Both the position numbers and the translations under genes were made by a program. Below, in pieces: positions 8,937 through 19,223 of a stretch of 64,000 nt of DNA (position 1 is its first letter; every line of letters begins with the position of its first letter). The notes under the pieces were generated by a model. The model saw nothing but the letters and a program-made list of their open reading frames with translations. It was not told the origin of the DNA and ran no database searches. This DNA is from a virus (lineage: Duplodnaviria; Caudoviricetes): IMG/VR virus record IMGVR_UViG_3300028805_003982. One strand, given 5' to 3'.

Positions 8937-10042
8937 ACAAGGGACAGAAAGCTCTTGGTGTTACGGACAATGTTATCACAAAGATGCTTAGGATCTGTTC
9001 TGTTATCCTCTTGATAGGCTCCTGCTATATGTTCTTTGACGTTTACTTCCTCAATAAGGGGGCTTCATCTGAGGTTGTGGCAGAACGCTATAAACCTGAG
9101 ATCACCGTTTCTGATGAAGGAAAGAGGATAGTTGACATGACCGAGCTTAAACAGATCAACCCCGATATCAAGGGTTGGCTTACGATGGATGATACAGGAA
9201 TAGACTATCCGGTTCTTCAGGGCGATGACGATTATGAGTACTTAAACCGTGACATGTACGGTAATTCCTGTCTTACAGGTTCGCTGTACTTCAGGTCGAT
9301 AGATACTACCGAGAACGCAGATGCCGACTACCGTATGATCTACGGGCATCACATGGACGCGAGTTCCATGTTTGGCTGTCTCGATAAGTACATTGACGCA
9401 GAATACTTCAGCAGCCATAAGACAGGTACGCTCATAACCGATCATGGTATCTGGAATCTTGAGGCAGTTGCCGTACTTTATACGCACGCGTATAACAACA
9501 CTTTTTATTACGGCAGGTCTTTTCCATGTATCGTCAGGGGCTTGGAAACTAAGCATATTCAGACGATCAGCGGAAACCTAAGTGAAGCAGATGCTCCTAT
9601 CCTGATCTTATCGACTTGTTATGAGATCAAGCCGAACGGCAGGCTTCTTGTTGTCCTTAAGATGACGCCTGCTGAAGACGTGGTAGTTGACAGCGGTTCT
9701 GCTACTGATGAAGACATTTCGATCAAAGACCTGAGAATGGGTCAGATCCAAGAGGGGGTAAAACCTACATGGAGTGTAATGAATATTGTCTTCGTATTTA
9801 TTACAGTCCTGTGTAGTATCACGATGACTGTTGACGCTGCTTTAAGAAAACAGCTTAAGCAGGTTGACGGCGTTGTTTGGGCGTTGATCACGCCACTTTC
9901 GATAGTTTTGTTCTTTGTAGGGCAGAAATTATCTGGAAGGGGGACTTTTGTTGATAAGTATACGATTGTTTTTGCCGGAATAGCGATCGCGGCTTCCGCA
10001 CTTGCTGCGTATACTGTCAAACGGAAAGGAAAAGCGATATGA
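8933..10042 (+). CDS. srtB: Class B sortase with C-terminal 3-TM extension
   Basis: IYGHHM, LSTC, GR; C-terminal hydrophobic segments. Confidence 0.9.
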   Translation: MNKGQKALGVTDNVITKMLRICSVILLIGSCYMFFDVYFLNKGASSEVVAERYKPEITVSDEGKRIVDMTELKQINPDIKGWLTMDDTGIDYPVLQGDDDYEYLNRDMYGNSCLTGSLYFRSIDTTENADADYRMIYGHHMDASSMFGCLDKYIDAEYFSSHKTGTLITDHGIWNLEAVAVLYTHAYNNTFYYGRSFPCIVRGLETKHIQTISGNLSEADAPILILSTCYEIKPNGRLLVVLKMTPAEDVVVDSGSATDEDISIKDLRMGQIQEGVKPTWSVMNIVFVFITVLCSITMTVDAALRKQLKQVDGVVWALITPLSIVLFFVGQKLSGRGTFVDKYTIVFAGIAIAASALAAYTVKRKGKAI

Positions 10043-12447
10043 AGAAAAAGATAGTATCAAGTTTATTGGCTCTGGTAATGCTGTTGGCTTTGCCGATGAC
10101 AGTTTTTGCTGCATCTAAAAAGACCTACGGTGAAGACTTTTTCCCGGTAGATTATGCAAAAGGATATATCAGGCTGAATGCTACAGGTGTTGAGTGTATC
10201 CCCAGTTCAGCCGTTAAAGGTCCTTATACCGGTGGGTGGGGAGACAATACTTATACCTATTTCTGGGCTGATAATACATCTAAAGATTCTTCTATTTATA
10301 TAGACTTTATCAACGGTGCCTGTTACGACAGCGAACTGTTGGATGTACGTATATACCTCTGGTGTAATAATACATCAGCGGGCAGTAAAGATAACTGGTG
10401 GGCTATGACTTCAGGCGGCCTTCTGGTCCATGACCAGCCTACTAACGGCGACCAGGTTTGGGCAGACGCTAAGTATAGAACATCTATGCAGTTCCATTTT
10501 TACCGTAAAAAAGCTGACGGTACCAGTCAGGTCGGTAAATCTGCATATGAGACGTCCGTTCAGGGTGTTATGCGTTTTAACGATTTGGATGCAGGTGAAG
10601 GATACGAGATTACACATGGTTTAAAAAACATCTATGTTGCCACTCCAACAAAGGTAACTGTAGATACTACTAATAACTATGTTTACGGAACCCGTGTCAC
10701 CGCTGGTTCAGACGAGTCAGATGACCGAGACAGAGCTTGGATCACGTTTGATGCCACGCCGGATGAACCATTCACTTTAAGGTATTGGACCCGAGGGCAT
10801 TATACATCCCGTATCCACTATGTAGGGCAAACCGTAAAATATAAAATAGTGGGTAAGACTCCTTTATCTCAATCGATCAAGATATCGAGCGAGAATGTTG
10901 CCGAGTGGGGTAAATACGTTCTCCGTACGGTCGATGATGAAATAGGCAGTTCTTATTATGCGCAGCAATTCATCGGCTGGACAGAGCGTACTGCCGGCGA
11001 CCGTACTGAACTGGCTCCTGCGATGGTCATGAATCTGACTACCGGCGGCATGTCTCTTTATGGCAGTTTCACATATAATATATTCCTTTTTAACGGTGAA
11101 GGCGGAGATATATATTTTAGTGGGGAAGATATAGGAGAGGGTCTGCCTGCCGGATCTAACCATACGTATGATATTGTTCCTCACCCGGGTTATTATATTA
11201 AAAACATAAATGTTCAATACCGTGATCTTGACGGCGAGCTTCAGACAAAGGCTACGTATGGTCCTGATACTATCGCTTTAGGGGATTCTTACACTTTAAA
11301 CATTAAGGGGCTTGACCGTAATTATGAGATCAGTGCTGAATACGATACCATCGTTAATCTGAGCACTTCCGTTCTTAACGGTACGATTTCGCCGGAAGAA
11401 GGAACTCATAAGTATCCTTATGGTTCAAATGCAACGGTTACATATCAGCCCATCAGTGAAAGATATGACCTTGATAAGATCTATATCGACGGTGTTGATA
11501 CAGATTTTTCAGATATCATGTCTCAGTATATCTTTGAAAACATGACTGAAGACCATGAGATCAGGGTTGAATATCAGCCGTGGTATGAGATCACAACTGA
11601 AGTCGTTAATGGTACTATTACTGATGATGAAAGTCATATCAGGGTAGGATCTGACCGCACCGTAAGCTATGCTCCGTTGAACGACAATTTCCGTTTAACA
11701 AGCATCAAGGTTGACGGCGAATCTGTAAGTTTGGATGACTACACATCCGATTATGCCTTTAACAATATATCGGCAGACCACCACGTAGCGGTTGTTTATC
11801 AGCCATACAGAAGCGGTACTATCCATTTTATCGACACTGATAACAACGAACTTGCATCTCCTGTGGATTACGAAATGATAGGCGACCGGGCTGATTTTAA
11901 CCCTTCAGCTACTCTGACTGCATATACTAATGCTACAAACGGTATCTTAGATGACGGATATTCGTTAATATCAGATGAAGTAGCAGACAGAGATCAGGAT
12001 GAAGACGGTAACGGTTTCCTGGATTCTGCCGTAGGCAGCCATAAGGATCTGTATGTTGTTTTCGAAGGCTACAGGTACGGTGTTATTCATTACGTTGATA
12101 CGGAAGGCAATAAGCTGGCAGATGATACTACGTATTCCAATGCCGGAAACATTGATAACTTTGACGACAGCGTAACGCTTGCTGCATATACACAGAATTC
12201 GGCCAATCTGACGGCTCGTGGATATGTAGTCGTTTCTGATGACGTTGCAGACCGTAACGGTTGGTTCCTTCCCGCGATCAACAGCACTAAGGAAATGACG
12301 GTTGTATTTGAATTACAGCCGCCTGTAATGACAGGTATTCAGGACTATCCGGCGGCAGTCTTTTGTATTATGTGTCTGGCCGTATTTGGCATCGTTCTGA
12401 GTGTTTATATCAAAAAGAGCCCTGAAGAAGGCGAAACAGAAGAATAA
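10039..12447 (+). CDS. Cell-wall-anchored adhesin / ancillary pilin
   Basis: Signal peptide, repeated beta-rich modules, two IH(F/Y).DT..N.LA modules, PPVMTG + TM + charged tail. Confidence 0.75.
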   Translation: MKKKIVSSLLALVMLLALPMTVFAASKKTYGEDFFPVDYAKGYIRLNATGVECIPSSAVKGPYTGGWGDNTYTYFWADNTSKDSSIYIDFINGACYDSELLDVRIYLWCNNTSAGSKDNWWAMTSGGLLVHDQPTNGDQVWADAKYRTSMQFHFYRKKADGTSQVGKSAYETSVQGVMRFNDLDAGEGYEITHGLKNIYVATPTKVTVDTTNNYVYGTRVTAGSDESDDRDRAWITFDATPDEPFTLRYWTRGHYTSRIHYVGQTVKYKIVGKTPLSQSIKISSENVAEWGKYVLRTVDDEIGSSYYAQQFIGWTERTAGDRTELAPAMVMNLTTGGMSLYGSFTYNIFLFNGEGGDIYFSGEDIGEGLPAGSNHTYDIVPHPGYYIKNINVQYRDLDGELQTKATYGPDTIALGDSYTLNIKGLDRNYEISAEYDTIVNLSTSVLNGTISPEEGTHKYPYGSNATVTYQPISERYDLDKIYIDGVDTDFSDIMSQYIFENMTEDHEIRVEYQPWYEITTEVVNGTITDDESHIRVGSDRTVSYAPLNDNFRLTSIKVDGESVSLDDYTSDYAFNNISADHHVAVVYQPYRSGTIHFIDTDNNELASPVDYEMIGDRADFNPSATLTAYTNATNGILDDGYSLISDEVADRDQDEDGNGFLDSAVGSHKDLYVVFEGYRYGVIHYVDTEGNKLADDTTYSNAGNIDNFDDSVTLAAYTQNSANLTARGYVVVSDDVADRNGWFLPAINSTKEMTVVFELQPPVMTGIQDYPAAVFCIMCLAVFGIVLSVYIKKSPEEGETEE

Positions 12448-12463
12448 GAAACGAGGTTTTAAG

Positions 12464-15007
12464 ATGAAAAAAGCTATCAGCAAAATACTGTCGGGCGTAG
12501 CTTCGTTAAGTATAGCGTTGGTTAGTTGTCTGTCTTTCTTTTCGCACGTAGCTCTTGCGGCCGGTACAGCGCATCACGCGGATTCTTCAGCTTATGGTGC
12601 GAGCAGAACACACCGTTCAGATGAGCTGGTATATTCAACCAATTATTTTGAAGGGCGATACGCTTCTGGATATATTTCGTTGGACAGTTCTCAGGTTCAT
12701 CCGAGTTCTGCCGTATCCAGCGGTAATTCCAGATGGAGTACAAGGGCGGTTTATTACAGCACTAACTCGTCTCTCGACGATACTCATTACGTCGATTGGT
12801 ACGACAGTGCCTTTATGGACGGTGTTGCGTACGATGTCAGGATAAAGTTTGCTCAGGTAGGTTCTACGGATGACCGTTGGAGCGTTACTCCGTACGGAAG
12901 CGTAGTTGACGATCACGCCATGACCGCTACTTATCCCGGCATTAATGGCCATAACGATTACACTAATTATGATAAAACCAGCCACGGCGTAAAGATGGAG
13001 TTCCATTTTTATGAAAAGGACTATGATGGTGGGCATCACTGCGGCGATCCTGATTATGAGGTCACATTTTACGGCGTAATGAAAATGAACGACCTTGACC
13101 GTGGTGAAGGATGGAACATTGCGTCCGGGGGTGTTCAGGATGTTTATGTTACTAACACCACCTTTGTAGGACGTGCAGACGACCATAAACTTGCCAGCGT
13201 GTGCGGCACCAGAACCACTACAGCTAATGCACATTCTCAATCCAGTGGGAGTATTCCATCAGACGGAACCGACGCAGATGCCGTCTGGATAACGTTCAAA
13301 GGCGCTCCTACAGCACCTTTTGCGTTGATCTATTGGAGTAACGGACAATTTATTTCCAGCATCGGTTACAAAGGTCAGACCGTTAATTATACGGTCGTTG
13401 GCAGCCAGCCGGTCAGCACGTCCTATGACTTCGGTAAGAATGGTACGGCGTCATACAGCTTATATCAGGTAAAAGCATTCCCCGAATACCCGGGGTATGA
13501 AGGTCAGTTTACAGGCTGGAATACCAGCAGTACGTTTGACGGTACGTTATATGATCCCGCTGACATCGATCATAACATTGTCCGCGTACAGACTTCCAAT
13601 GTCTCGTTATACGGCAAGTGGGTTTATAATATCGAAACTTCAGCGGGAACGGGCGGGTCTATAACAGAAGGCGGTTTGTCTTATGCTGCAGACTCATCTC
13701 ATAGCATTACCGCTACGCCCGATGCGGGATATTATATCAAGTCTTTAAAAGTGCAATACATTGATCTGGACGGGGAAGTAGTGGATCTTGAAACACTTTC
13801 CGCCTCCGATCTGTCAGATGCAGGTTGTGCTCTCGGAGACGCGTATACCTATAACATATCTGCAATCGATCGTAACTATATCTTGAACGCCACGTTTGAA
13901 CGAATAGTCCATCTGACAACATCCGTTCTTAACGGCACCATTGATCCGGGTGAGGGTACACACGAGTATCCTAACGGAGCAGATGGAGCGGTCTCTTATG
14001 AACCGATAGGGGAGAGATATGACCTTGATAAGATCATAATAGACGGTGTTGAGCAGTCAGATCTTTCCGGTATTTCAAGCAATTATACGTTTGAACAGAT
14101 GACAGAGGATCATTCAATCCGTGTTGAATATCAACCCAGGTATGTTATTGATACTACTGTTATAAACGGTACTATTACTCCTGATGAAGAACATATCAAA
14201 GCAGGCTCTGACAGAACGATTGAATATGAACCGTTAAATGAATACTATCGCTTGGTAGGAGTCACGGTTGACGGCACTAAGGTAGATCCGGAAGTGTATG
14301 AGTCGGAATATCACTTTGCGGACATTCAGGCAGATCACGAGGTTGTGGTCGAGTATCAGCCGTACAGAACGGGTACGATCCATTTCGTCGATACTGACGG
14401 CAATGAGATTGCGGAAAACATAGAGTATGAGCATTTAGGGGATAGAACCGAGTTTGACCCGTCTACTATCCTTGGGCAATACAATTCAAGCGTTACGGAC
14501 ATCTTATCCGATGGATTTGCCAAACAATCAGATGATGTGTCAGATCGAGACACAACAGAAGACGGTAACGGTTTCCTTGACAGCGCTGTAGGAAGTCACA
14601 AGGATCTGTATGTTGTCTTTGAAGGTGCAAGATATGGCATCATCCATTATGTTGATACCGAAGGCAACCGTCTTCGTGCTGATACCACTTATTCCAACGT
14701 GGGAGATCCGGACAATTTTGATGATACGGTTACTTTAGCTTTTTATAATCAAGCTAAGAGTGATCTGATCGACGAAGGATACCTTGTCATATCTGACGAA
14801 GTGGCACAGCGGGACAGTTGGTTCTTGCCCGAAGTGGAAAGCACAAAAGAAATGACTGTTGTGTTTGAATTGCAGCCGCCTGTTATAACCGGTCTGAAGA
14901 AACATCCGGTATCGGTTCTTTGCCTGATAGATCTTGGTTTGGTGGGTTGGTTTATGACTTTGGTGCTTAGAAGAAAGCCAGAGGAACAAGAGGATGTTCA
15001 AAACTAA
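12464..15007 (+). CDS. Cell-wall-anchored adhesin, paralog of 10039
   Basis: ATG 12464 after GAGG; same module order; PPVITG + TM + RRK. Confidence 0.75.
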   Translation: MKKAISKILSGVASLSIALVSCLSFFSHVALAAGTAHHADSSAYGASRTHRSDELVYSTNYFEGRYASGYISLDSSQVHPSSAVSSGNSRWSTRAVYYSTNSSLDDTHYVDWYDSAFMDGVAYDVRIKFAQVGSTDDRWSVTPYGSVVDDHAMTATYPGINGHNDYTNYDKTSHGVKMEFHFYEKDYDGGHHCGDPDYEVTFYGVMKMNDLDRGEGWNIASGGVQDVYVTNTTFVGRADDHKLASVCGTRTTTANAHSQSSGSIPSDGTDADAVWITFKGAPTAPFALIYWSNGQFISSIGYKGQTVNYTVVGSQPVSTSYDFGKNGTASYSLYQVKAFPEYPGYEGQFTGWNTSSTFDGTLYDPADIDHNIVRVQTSNVSLYGKWVYNIETSAGTGGSITEGGLSYAADSSHSITATPDAGYYIKSLKVQYIDLDGEVVDLETLSASDLSDAGCALGDAYTYNISAIDRNYILNATFERIVHLTTSVLNGTIDPGEGTHEYPNGADGAVSYEPIGERYDLDKIIIDGVEQSDLSGISSNYTFEQMTEDHSIRVEYQPRYVIDTTVINGTITPDEEHIKAGSDRTIEYEPLNEYYRLVGVTVDGTKVDPEVYESEYHFADIQADHEVVVEYQPYRTGTIHFVDTDGNEIAENIEYEHLGDRTEFDPSTILGQYNSSVTDILSDGFAKQSDDVSDRDTTEDGNGFLDSAVGSHKDLYVVFEGARYGIIHYVDTEGNRLRADTTYSNVGDPDNFDDTVTLAFYNQAKSDLIDEGYLVISDEVAQRDSWFLPEVESTKEMTVVFELQPPVITGLKKHPVSVLCLIDLGLVGWFMTLVLRRKPEEQEDVQN

Positions 15008-15203
15008 AGGTGAAGCAGAGAGAAGGCTTGCCGACATAGCGGCGCATAAAAAGGATCTGAGTCCATATAACAGGGAAGAGGAGATCCGGGAGTTATTCGA
15101 TCTTTGGAACGAAACCATCCCTTTTGCGTTCAAAGTAGGTCTTTCTGTTATAGATCTTGACCGTATCTGGGAGAGCGTTCCCTGGTCGTTTATTAAGAAA
15201 TAG
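14994..15203 (+). CDS. Small hypothetical protein, paralog of 2587-2814
   Basis: Overlaps the adhesin stop; shared WNET/IWE/SFIK motifs. Confidence 0.65.
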   Translation: MFKTKGEAERRLADIAAHKKDLSPYNREEEIRELFDLWNETIPFAFKVGLSVIDLDRIWESVPWSFIKK

Positions 15204-15207
15204 ATAG

Positions 15208-15237
15208 GAGCTTGAGCCGTGTGCTCAAGCTCTTTTT
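15208..15237 (+). terminator. Terminator of the pilus/adhesin operon
   Basis: GAGCTTGAGC-cgtgt-GCTCAAGCTC-TTTTT. Confidence 0.85.
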
Positions 15238-15356
15238 CTGTGAAAGGGGTTTTTGTTAATAGAGATGATTCGAACCTTACAACGGGTTTATTGGCTATCC
15301 AAGATGTGATAAGTGATCTCTACATTGTTAAAGATAAATTGAAGGGGGTTAAAAGT

Positions 15357-15671
15357 ATGATAGAGCTTAAATACAATCCGCAGGAAAAAGAGCGCTGCAT
15401 AAAGGGGGCTTTTGCAAAGGCTTCGTATCAGCGGGGTGATATTGTTCGTTTTAAAGATGGGGCAGAATACAGGGAAGGAACTATTATGGTCGTTGACACC
15501 ATAGGTTTAAATGAAGCATCTTATGACATTTTTAATCTGTCTGAGCTCGTTATATATAAGCACTACGAAGAGTCGAAGGTCGATTGCCTGTTAACCAAAG
15601 CTTCTCCGGATACTATTTCACAGATGGAAAAAGCTTTGTTTGCCAATGTCGGGCCGACCAGGGAAATGTGA
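15357..15671 (+). CDS. Hypothetical protein (possible SH3/KOW-like barrel)
   Basis: YQRGDIVRF..EGTI.VVD..SYDI..YKH; ATG 15357 after AAGGGGG. Confidence 0.55.
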   Translation: MIELKYNPQEKERCIKGAFAKASYQRGDIVRFKDGAEYREGTIMVVDTIGLNEASYDIFNLSELVIYKHYEESKVDCLLTKASPDTISQMEKALFANVGPTREM

Positions 15672-15794
15672 TAAATATAGTGTATTGCAAAAAATATACA
15701 AAAATTTACAGAATTCAATACGTTTTCTGTTTTTTGATGTAATAATAAATGTAGGAAAACATTTCGTATAACATTTGAGACAAGGAGATTAGGT

Positions 15795-16886
15795 ATGATA
15801 TTGAAGAAGCACATAGCGATGGTCTTGTCGTTGGTAATGGTTTTCGGCATTGTTGTTTCCGGGTGTTCTAAGGAGACTGTTCTTTCTTTGGATACCTCAG
15901 AGACTTCGTCAGAACCTTCTCAGACAAGCGAGCAGAATGTTTTTATCCCCGAAGAAACATCTTCAACGGCATCGACTTTTGTCGATCCCGGTACAGGAGA
16001 GACCGTGGAGATCATATCTACTTTACCGGACGGAACTCCGGATGAGACGCGGCCGACAACAGCACGCGGGCAGAGCAACGGTAACAACAGTTCCGCAACC
16101 AACCCGACTAATCAACCAGCGGGCGGAACGACTGGTGCTCTTGATACTGCAAGTACACCCGGTACAACAGTAACTCCTGTTCCTACAACAGTTCCGGGAA
16201 CGACGGCAACTGTTACACCCAAGCCGACGGGTACTTCGTATGTAACGCCTACGCCATATCCTACGTCATCACCCAAGCCGACGGTAACGGTTAAGCCTAC
16301 AAATACGCCTACTCCGGCCCCTTCAGGTAACGGTACTTGGCAGGATTCAAAGGCTGATGAAATCATCAGTATCCTGAATCAGAAGAGACATGACAGGGCT
16401 GTGCGTTTGGGTACGGCAACCTGGTATGTTCCGTACCAGAAGAGCTCGTCTTTTACCAATTCAGCCAAACAGCTTGTATTAAAGGGTTTTTCGGCGAATG
16501 GTGATGACAAGTTTATCTTTAGTGGCAATGCGTCTGCATCAACAATCGCAAGCAGCATCGATCCTTATTTATCCTACACAAAGAAGATCAAGTATGTAAG
16601 TGTCGGTTTCGGTATCTATTACAATAACGGCAAGACATATGTAGTTATGATCCAGCAGGAAGGCCCTTCCGGTGAACCTTCTTCATCATACCATATCACG
16701 CCTAACAAGCCGGCAACTCCGACACCTGTACCTAAGCCTACGAACACGCCTACGCCTGTTCCTACCAACACTCCTACGCCGGCACCTACGGCTACAAATA
16801 CGCCTACACCTAAACCTACGAATACACCTACACCAAAGCCTACTGAAGCTCCGAGTGAGCAGCCAGATGACAGTGGTGACGCTTAA
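15795..16886 (+). CDS. Lipoprotein with Pro/Thr stalks and degenerate CAP/SCP-like domain
   Basis: Lipobox VSGC; PT-rich repeats; ILNQKR...VGFGIY.NGKTYVV pattern. Confidence 0.7.
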   Translation: MILKKHIAMVLSLVMVFGIVVSGCSKETVLSLDTSETSSEPSQTSEQNVFIPEETSSTASTFVDPGTGETVEIISTLPDGTPDETRPTTARGQSNGNNSSATNPTNQPAGGTTGALDTASTPGTTVTPVPTTVPGTTATVTPKPTGTSYVTPTPYPTSSPKPTVTVKPTNTPTPAPSGNGTWQDSKADEIISILNQKRHDRAVRLGTATWYVPYQKSSSFTNSAKQLVLKGFSANGDDKFIFSGNASASTIASSIDPYLSYTKKIKYVSVGFGIYYNNGKTYVVMIQQEGPSGEPSSSYHITPNKPATPTPVPKPTNTPTPVPTNTPTPAPTATNTPTPKPTNTPTPKPTEAPSEQPDDSGDA

Positions 16887-16903
16887 GATTTAAGGAGGTT
16901 ATT

Positions 16904-17845
16904 ATGAATTACAATAAGTTTTCTAAATGGGTTGTCGCTTCTTTAGCATTCCTGCTTATGTTTGGATTTTCGGCATGTGAAGCGAAGGGCGAAGACGGCA
17001 GTGCCCCGTCCATATCTGAGACGACTGCGGTTGACTCTACCGTAACCGAGACAACGGAAAGCGAATTTGTACCTGTAGATACATCCGCTACCTCTTTTGA
17101 GACGATAGAGACTGTCGAAGCCACGCTGTCCTCAGAGACTTCTCAGGATAAGAAGCCGGGTGATCCGACAAATACAACAACACAGAACAAGGACAATGGC
17201 AAGCGGGAGGATACTACAAGTAAGCCTGCTCCAACCAAGAAGCCTACGGCAACTCCTAAGCCTACAAAGAAGCCTACGGCAACTCCCAAACCTACGAATA
17301 AGCCTACTCCTAAGCCTACGAAGATTCCTAAGCCGACCAAGGCACCTACGCCAAAGCCAACCAAGGCGCCTACACCTAAGCCTACAAAGGCACCTACACC
17401 TGAACCTACAAAGAAGCCTACAGCAACCCCTACACCTAAGCCTACTCCCAAGCCGACACAGGCTCCGAGTGAAGGCAAGTGGCAGGACAGCAAGATCGAT
17501 GATGTAATCAAGAAGCTCAATCAGATCCGTATGGACTATGTGGCTCAGGACGACTCCGCTGAGTATTATGTACCGTTAAGGGCAAGCGATACTTTGTTGA
17601 AGACGGCAAAGAAAGAATGTTCTGACTACAATGATTCCGATTTTACCAAGTATAAGATAGGCGGCAACGCATCTGCTTCAAAGATTGCCGATAAATTAAA
17701 GGATCGCTTAAAGTATTGGAATGTTGATGCCAAGTGCAAGCACGTAAATCTCGGTCTTGCGATCTTATATAAAGACGGTAACACATATGTCGTTGCCGTA
17801 TACACCAAGGGTCCGTCAGGACATGGTGATTCGATAGAGCGTTGA
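16904..17845 (+). CDS. Lipoprotein with PTK repeats and degenerate CAP/SCP-like domain, paralog of 15795
   Basis: Lipobox FSAC; [16 protein letters not shown] repeats; shared G.WQDSK.D..I..LNQ.R, YVP, GNASAS.IA, G.TYVV, GPSG. Confidence 0.7.
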   Translation: MNYNKFSKWVVASLAFLLMFGFSACEAKGEDGSAPSISETTAVDSTVTETTESEFVPVDTSATSFETIETVEATLSSETSQDKKPGDPTNTTTQNKDNGKREDTTSKPAPTKKPTATPKPTKKPTATPKPTNKPTPKPTKIPKPTKAPTPKPTKAPTPKPTKAPTPEPTKKPTATPTPKPTPKPTQAPSEGKWQDSKIDDVIKKLNQIRMDYVAQDDSAEYYVPLRASDTLLKTAKKECSDYNDSDFTKYKIGGNASASKIADKLKDRLKYWNVDAKCKHVNLGLAILYKDGNTYVVAVYTKGPSGHGDSIER

Positions 17846-17873
17846 TGACCTGTCCTGTTGATGGAGAAGTGAC

Positions 17874-18773
17874 ATGTCAGATGTGATTTTGATCATTGTT
17901 AGTGTGATAGCCGTTATAGCCTCTATAACGGCTGTTATGCTGTTAATAAGATGCAGAAAGTATCTGTTCGGTAAAGAGCTTGATCCGGACGAAAAGCTTA
18001 AGCTGAAAGAAGCCGCTATGCAGGCTCGTATAGACGAGCTCGGCAAGCAATATGATACCAAATTTGCCGATCTGGACAAACGTTTTAAGACTATGGAAGA
18101 GACTGCTCAAAAGCAGTTTAATGCGAAACGGGAACAGAACGAGCAGGAATACCTGAAAAAATGCCTTGAACAACAGGCAAGCCTTACGAAGCTGCAAACA
18201 GAAAACGCTGAGAAGGTCGAGAAGATCAAAGCGGATCTGAAGTTTTATGAAGACCTGCAATCTTCTGTTGTAACTAATTATCTGGAAGCAGAGAAAAAGG
18301 CTAAGGATCGGGATTTTCACAGGATCATGCTTGAAGGTTCTGAGCAGTCTGATATAGAAGTGCTTCGTCCGGTGGCAGAGAAGATAAGTAAACCGATCAT
18401 TTTGTATAAGCTCATATATGAGATTTACTATAAGCCCAAGCTTGATACGATGTTTAAGCAGGTTCTCGGCACCTCTGAAGGGGGCGGGGGCATATACAAG
18501 ATAACCAACATCAAAGACGGGCGGGTATATATCGGAAGGGCTACGAAGTTCCTTGACCGCTGGAGGCAGCACGCTAAATGCGGCACTGGAGCAGATAACG
18601 GGGCTCAGATCAATGTCCGGTTATACGACTCTATGAAAAAAGAAGGGATAGAAAACTTTACTTTTGAGGTTCTGGACGAATGTCCGGCAGAAGAACAGCC
18701 TGCAAGAGAGAAGTATTGGATCGATTATTATCGTTCTATGGAGTATGGATACAACATTAAGAGTGGCGGCTGA
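17874..18773 (+). CDS. Membrane-anchored coiled-coil GIY-YIG nuclease
   Basis: N-terminal TM, K/E/Q-rich coiled coil, GIYKITN..YIG..RWRQH..FEVL..REKYWI..GYN. Confidence 0.85.
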   Translation: MSDVILIIVSVIAVIASITAVMLLIRCRKYLFGKELDPDEKLKLKEAAMQARIDELGKQYDTKFADLDKRFKTMEETAQKQFNAKREQNEQEYLKKCLEQQASLTKLQTENAEKVEKIKADLKFYEDLQSSVVTNYLEAEKKAKDRDFHRIMLEGSEQSDIEVLRPVAEKISKPIILYKLIYEIYYKPKLDTMFKQVLGTSEGGGGIYKITNIKDGRVYIGRATKFLDRWRQHAKCGTGADNGAQINVRLYDSMKKEGIENFTFEVLDECPAEEQPAREKYWIDYYRSMEYGYNIKSGG

Positions 18774-18881
18774 TCTTTAAACCGTATCTATTTTAATTTC
18801 CTTATATAAGTTTACACACTTTAGGATTTTCTGTGTCATAATTAAGTGTAATACCAAGAGTATAAACAGGAGGATACCAAT

Positions 18882-19214
18882 ATGACTTATATCCCGGATT
18901 GCCGTGTCGACGGCAATTATAACGAGCGTTATTTGAACGCAACAGATAAGGAATACCTCGCAGGTTTTGACGCTGCCGTTGAAGCACTGCTTAATCTTGA
19001 GGGCAATCTTGACGTATATTCTGCCGATAGTCTGGTCATGCATTATCTGGAGGAGAATCCGGAAAAGGCCAAAGAACTCTTTGCTTCTATGAAGGATTGG
19101 GCAGAAATGGAAAGAAATGAGCTTATCGTTTCGATGCTCGACAATATGGACGACGATGAATACCAAAAGATCAAAGCAGAAGTTGATAAGAATAAGAACA
19201 CAGACGGAGAATAA
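18882..19214 (+). CDS. Hypothetical acidic protein
   Basis: AGGAGG SD, 110 aa. Confidence 0.65.
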   Translation: MTYIPDCRVDGNYNERYLNATDKEYLAGFDAAVEALLNLEGNLDVYSADSLVMHYLEENPEKAKELFASMKDWAEMERNELIVSMLDNMDDDEYQKIKAEVDKNKNTDGE

Positions 19215-19223
19215 GTATAAATT

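Noticed and set aside
16715-17465. Tandem DNA repeats as a possible CRISPR array
   Set aside because: In-frame codon repeats encoding Pro/Thr/Lys stalks; no spacers, no cas genes
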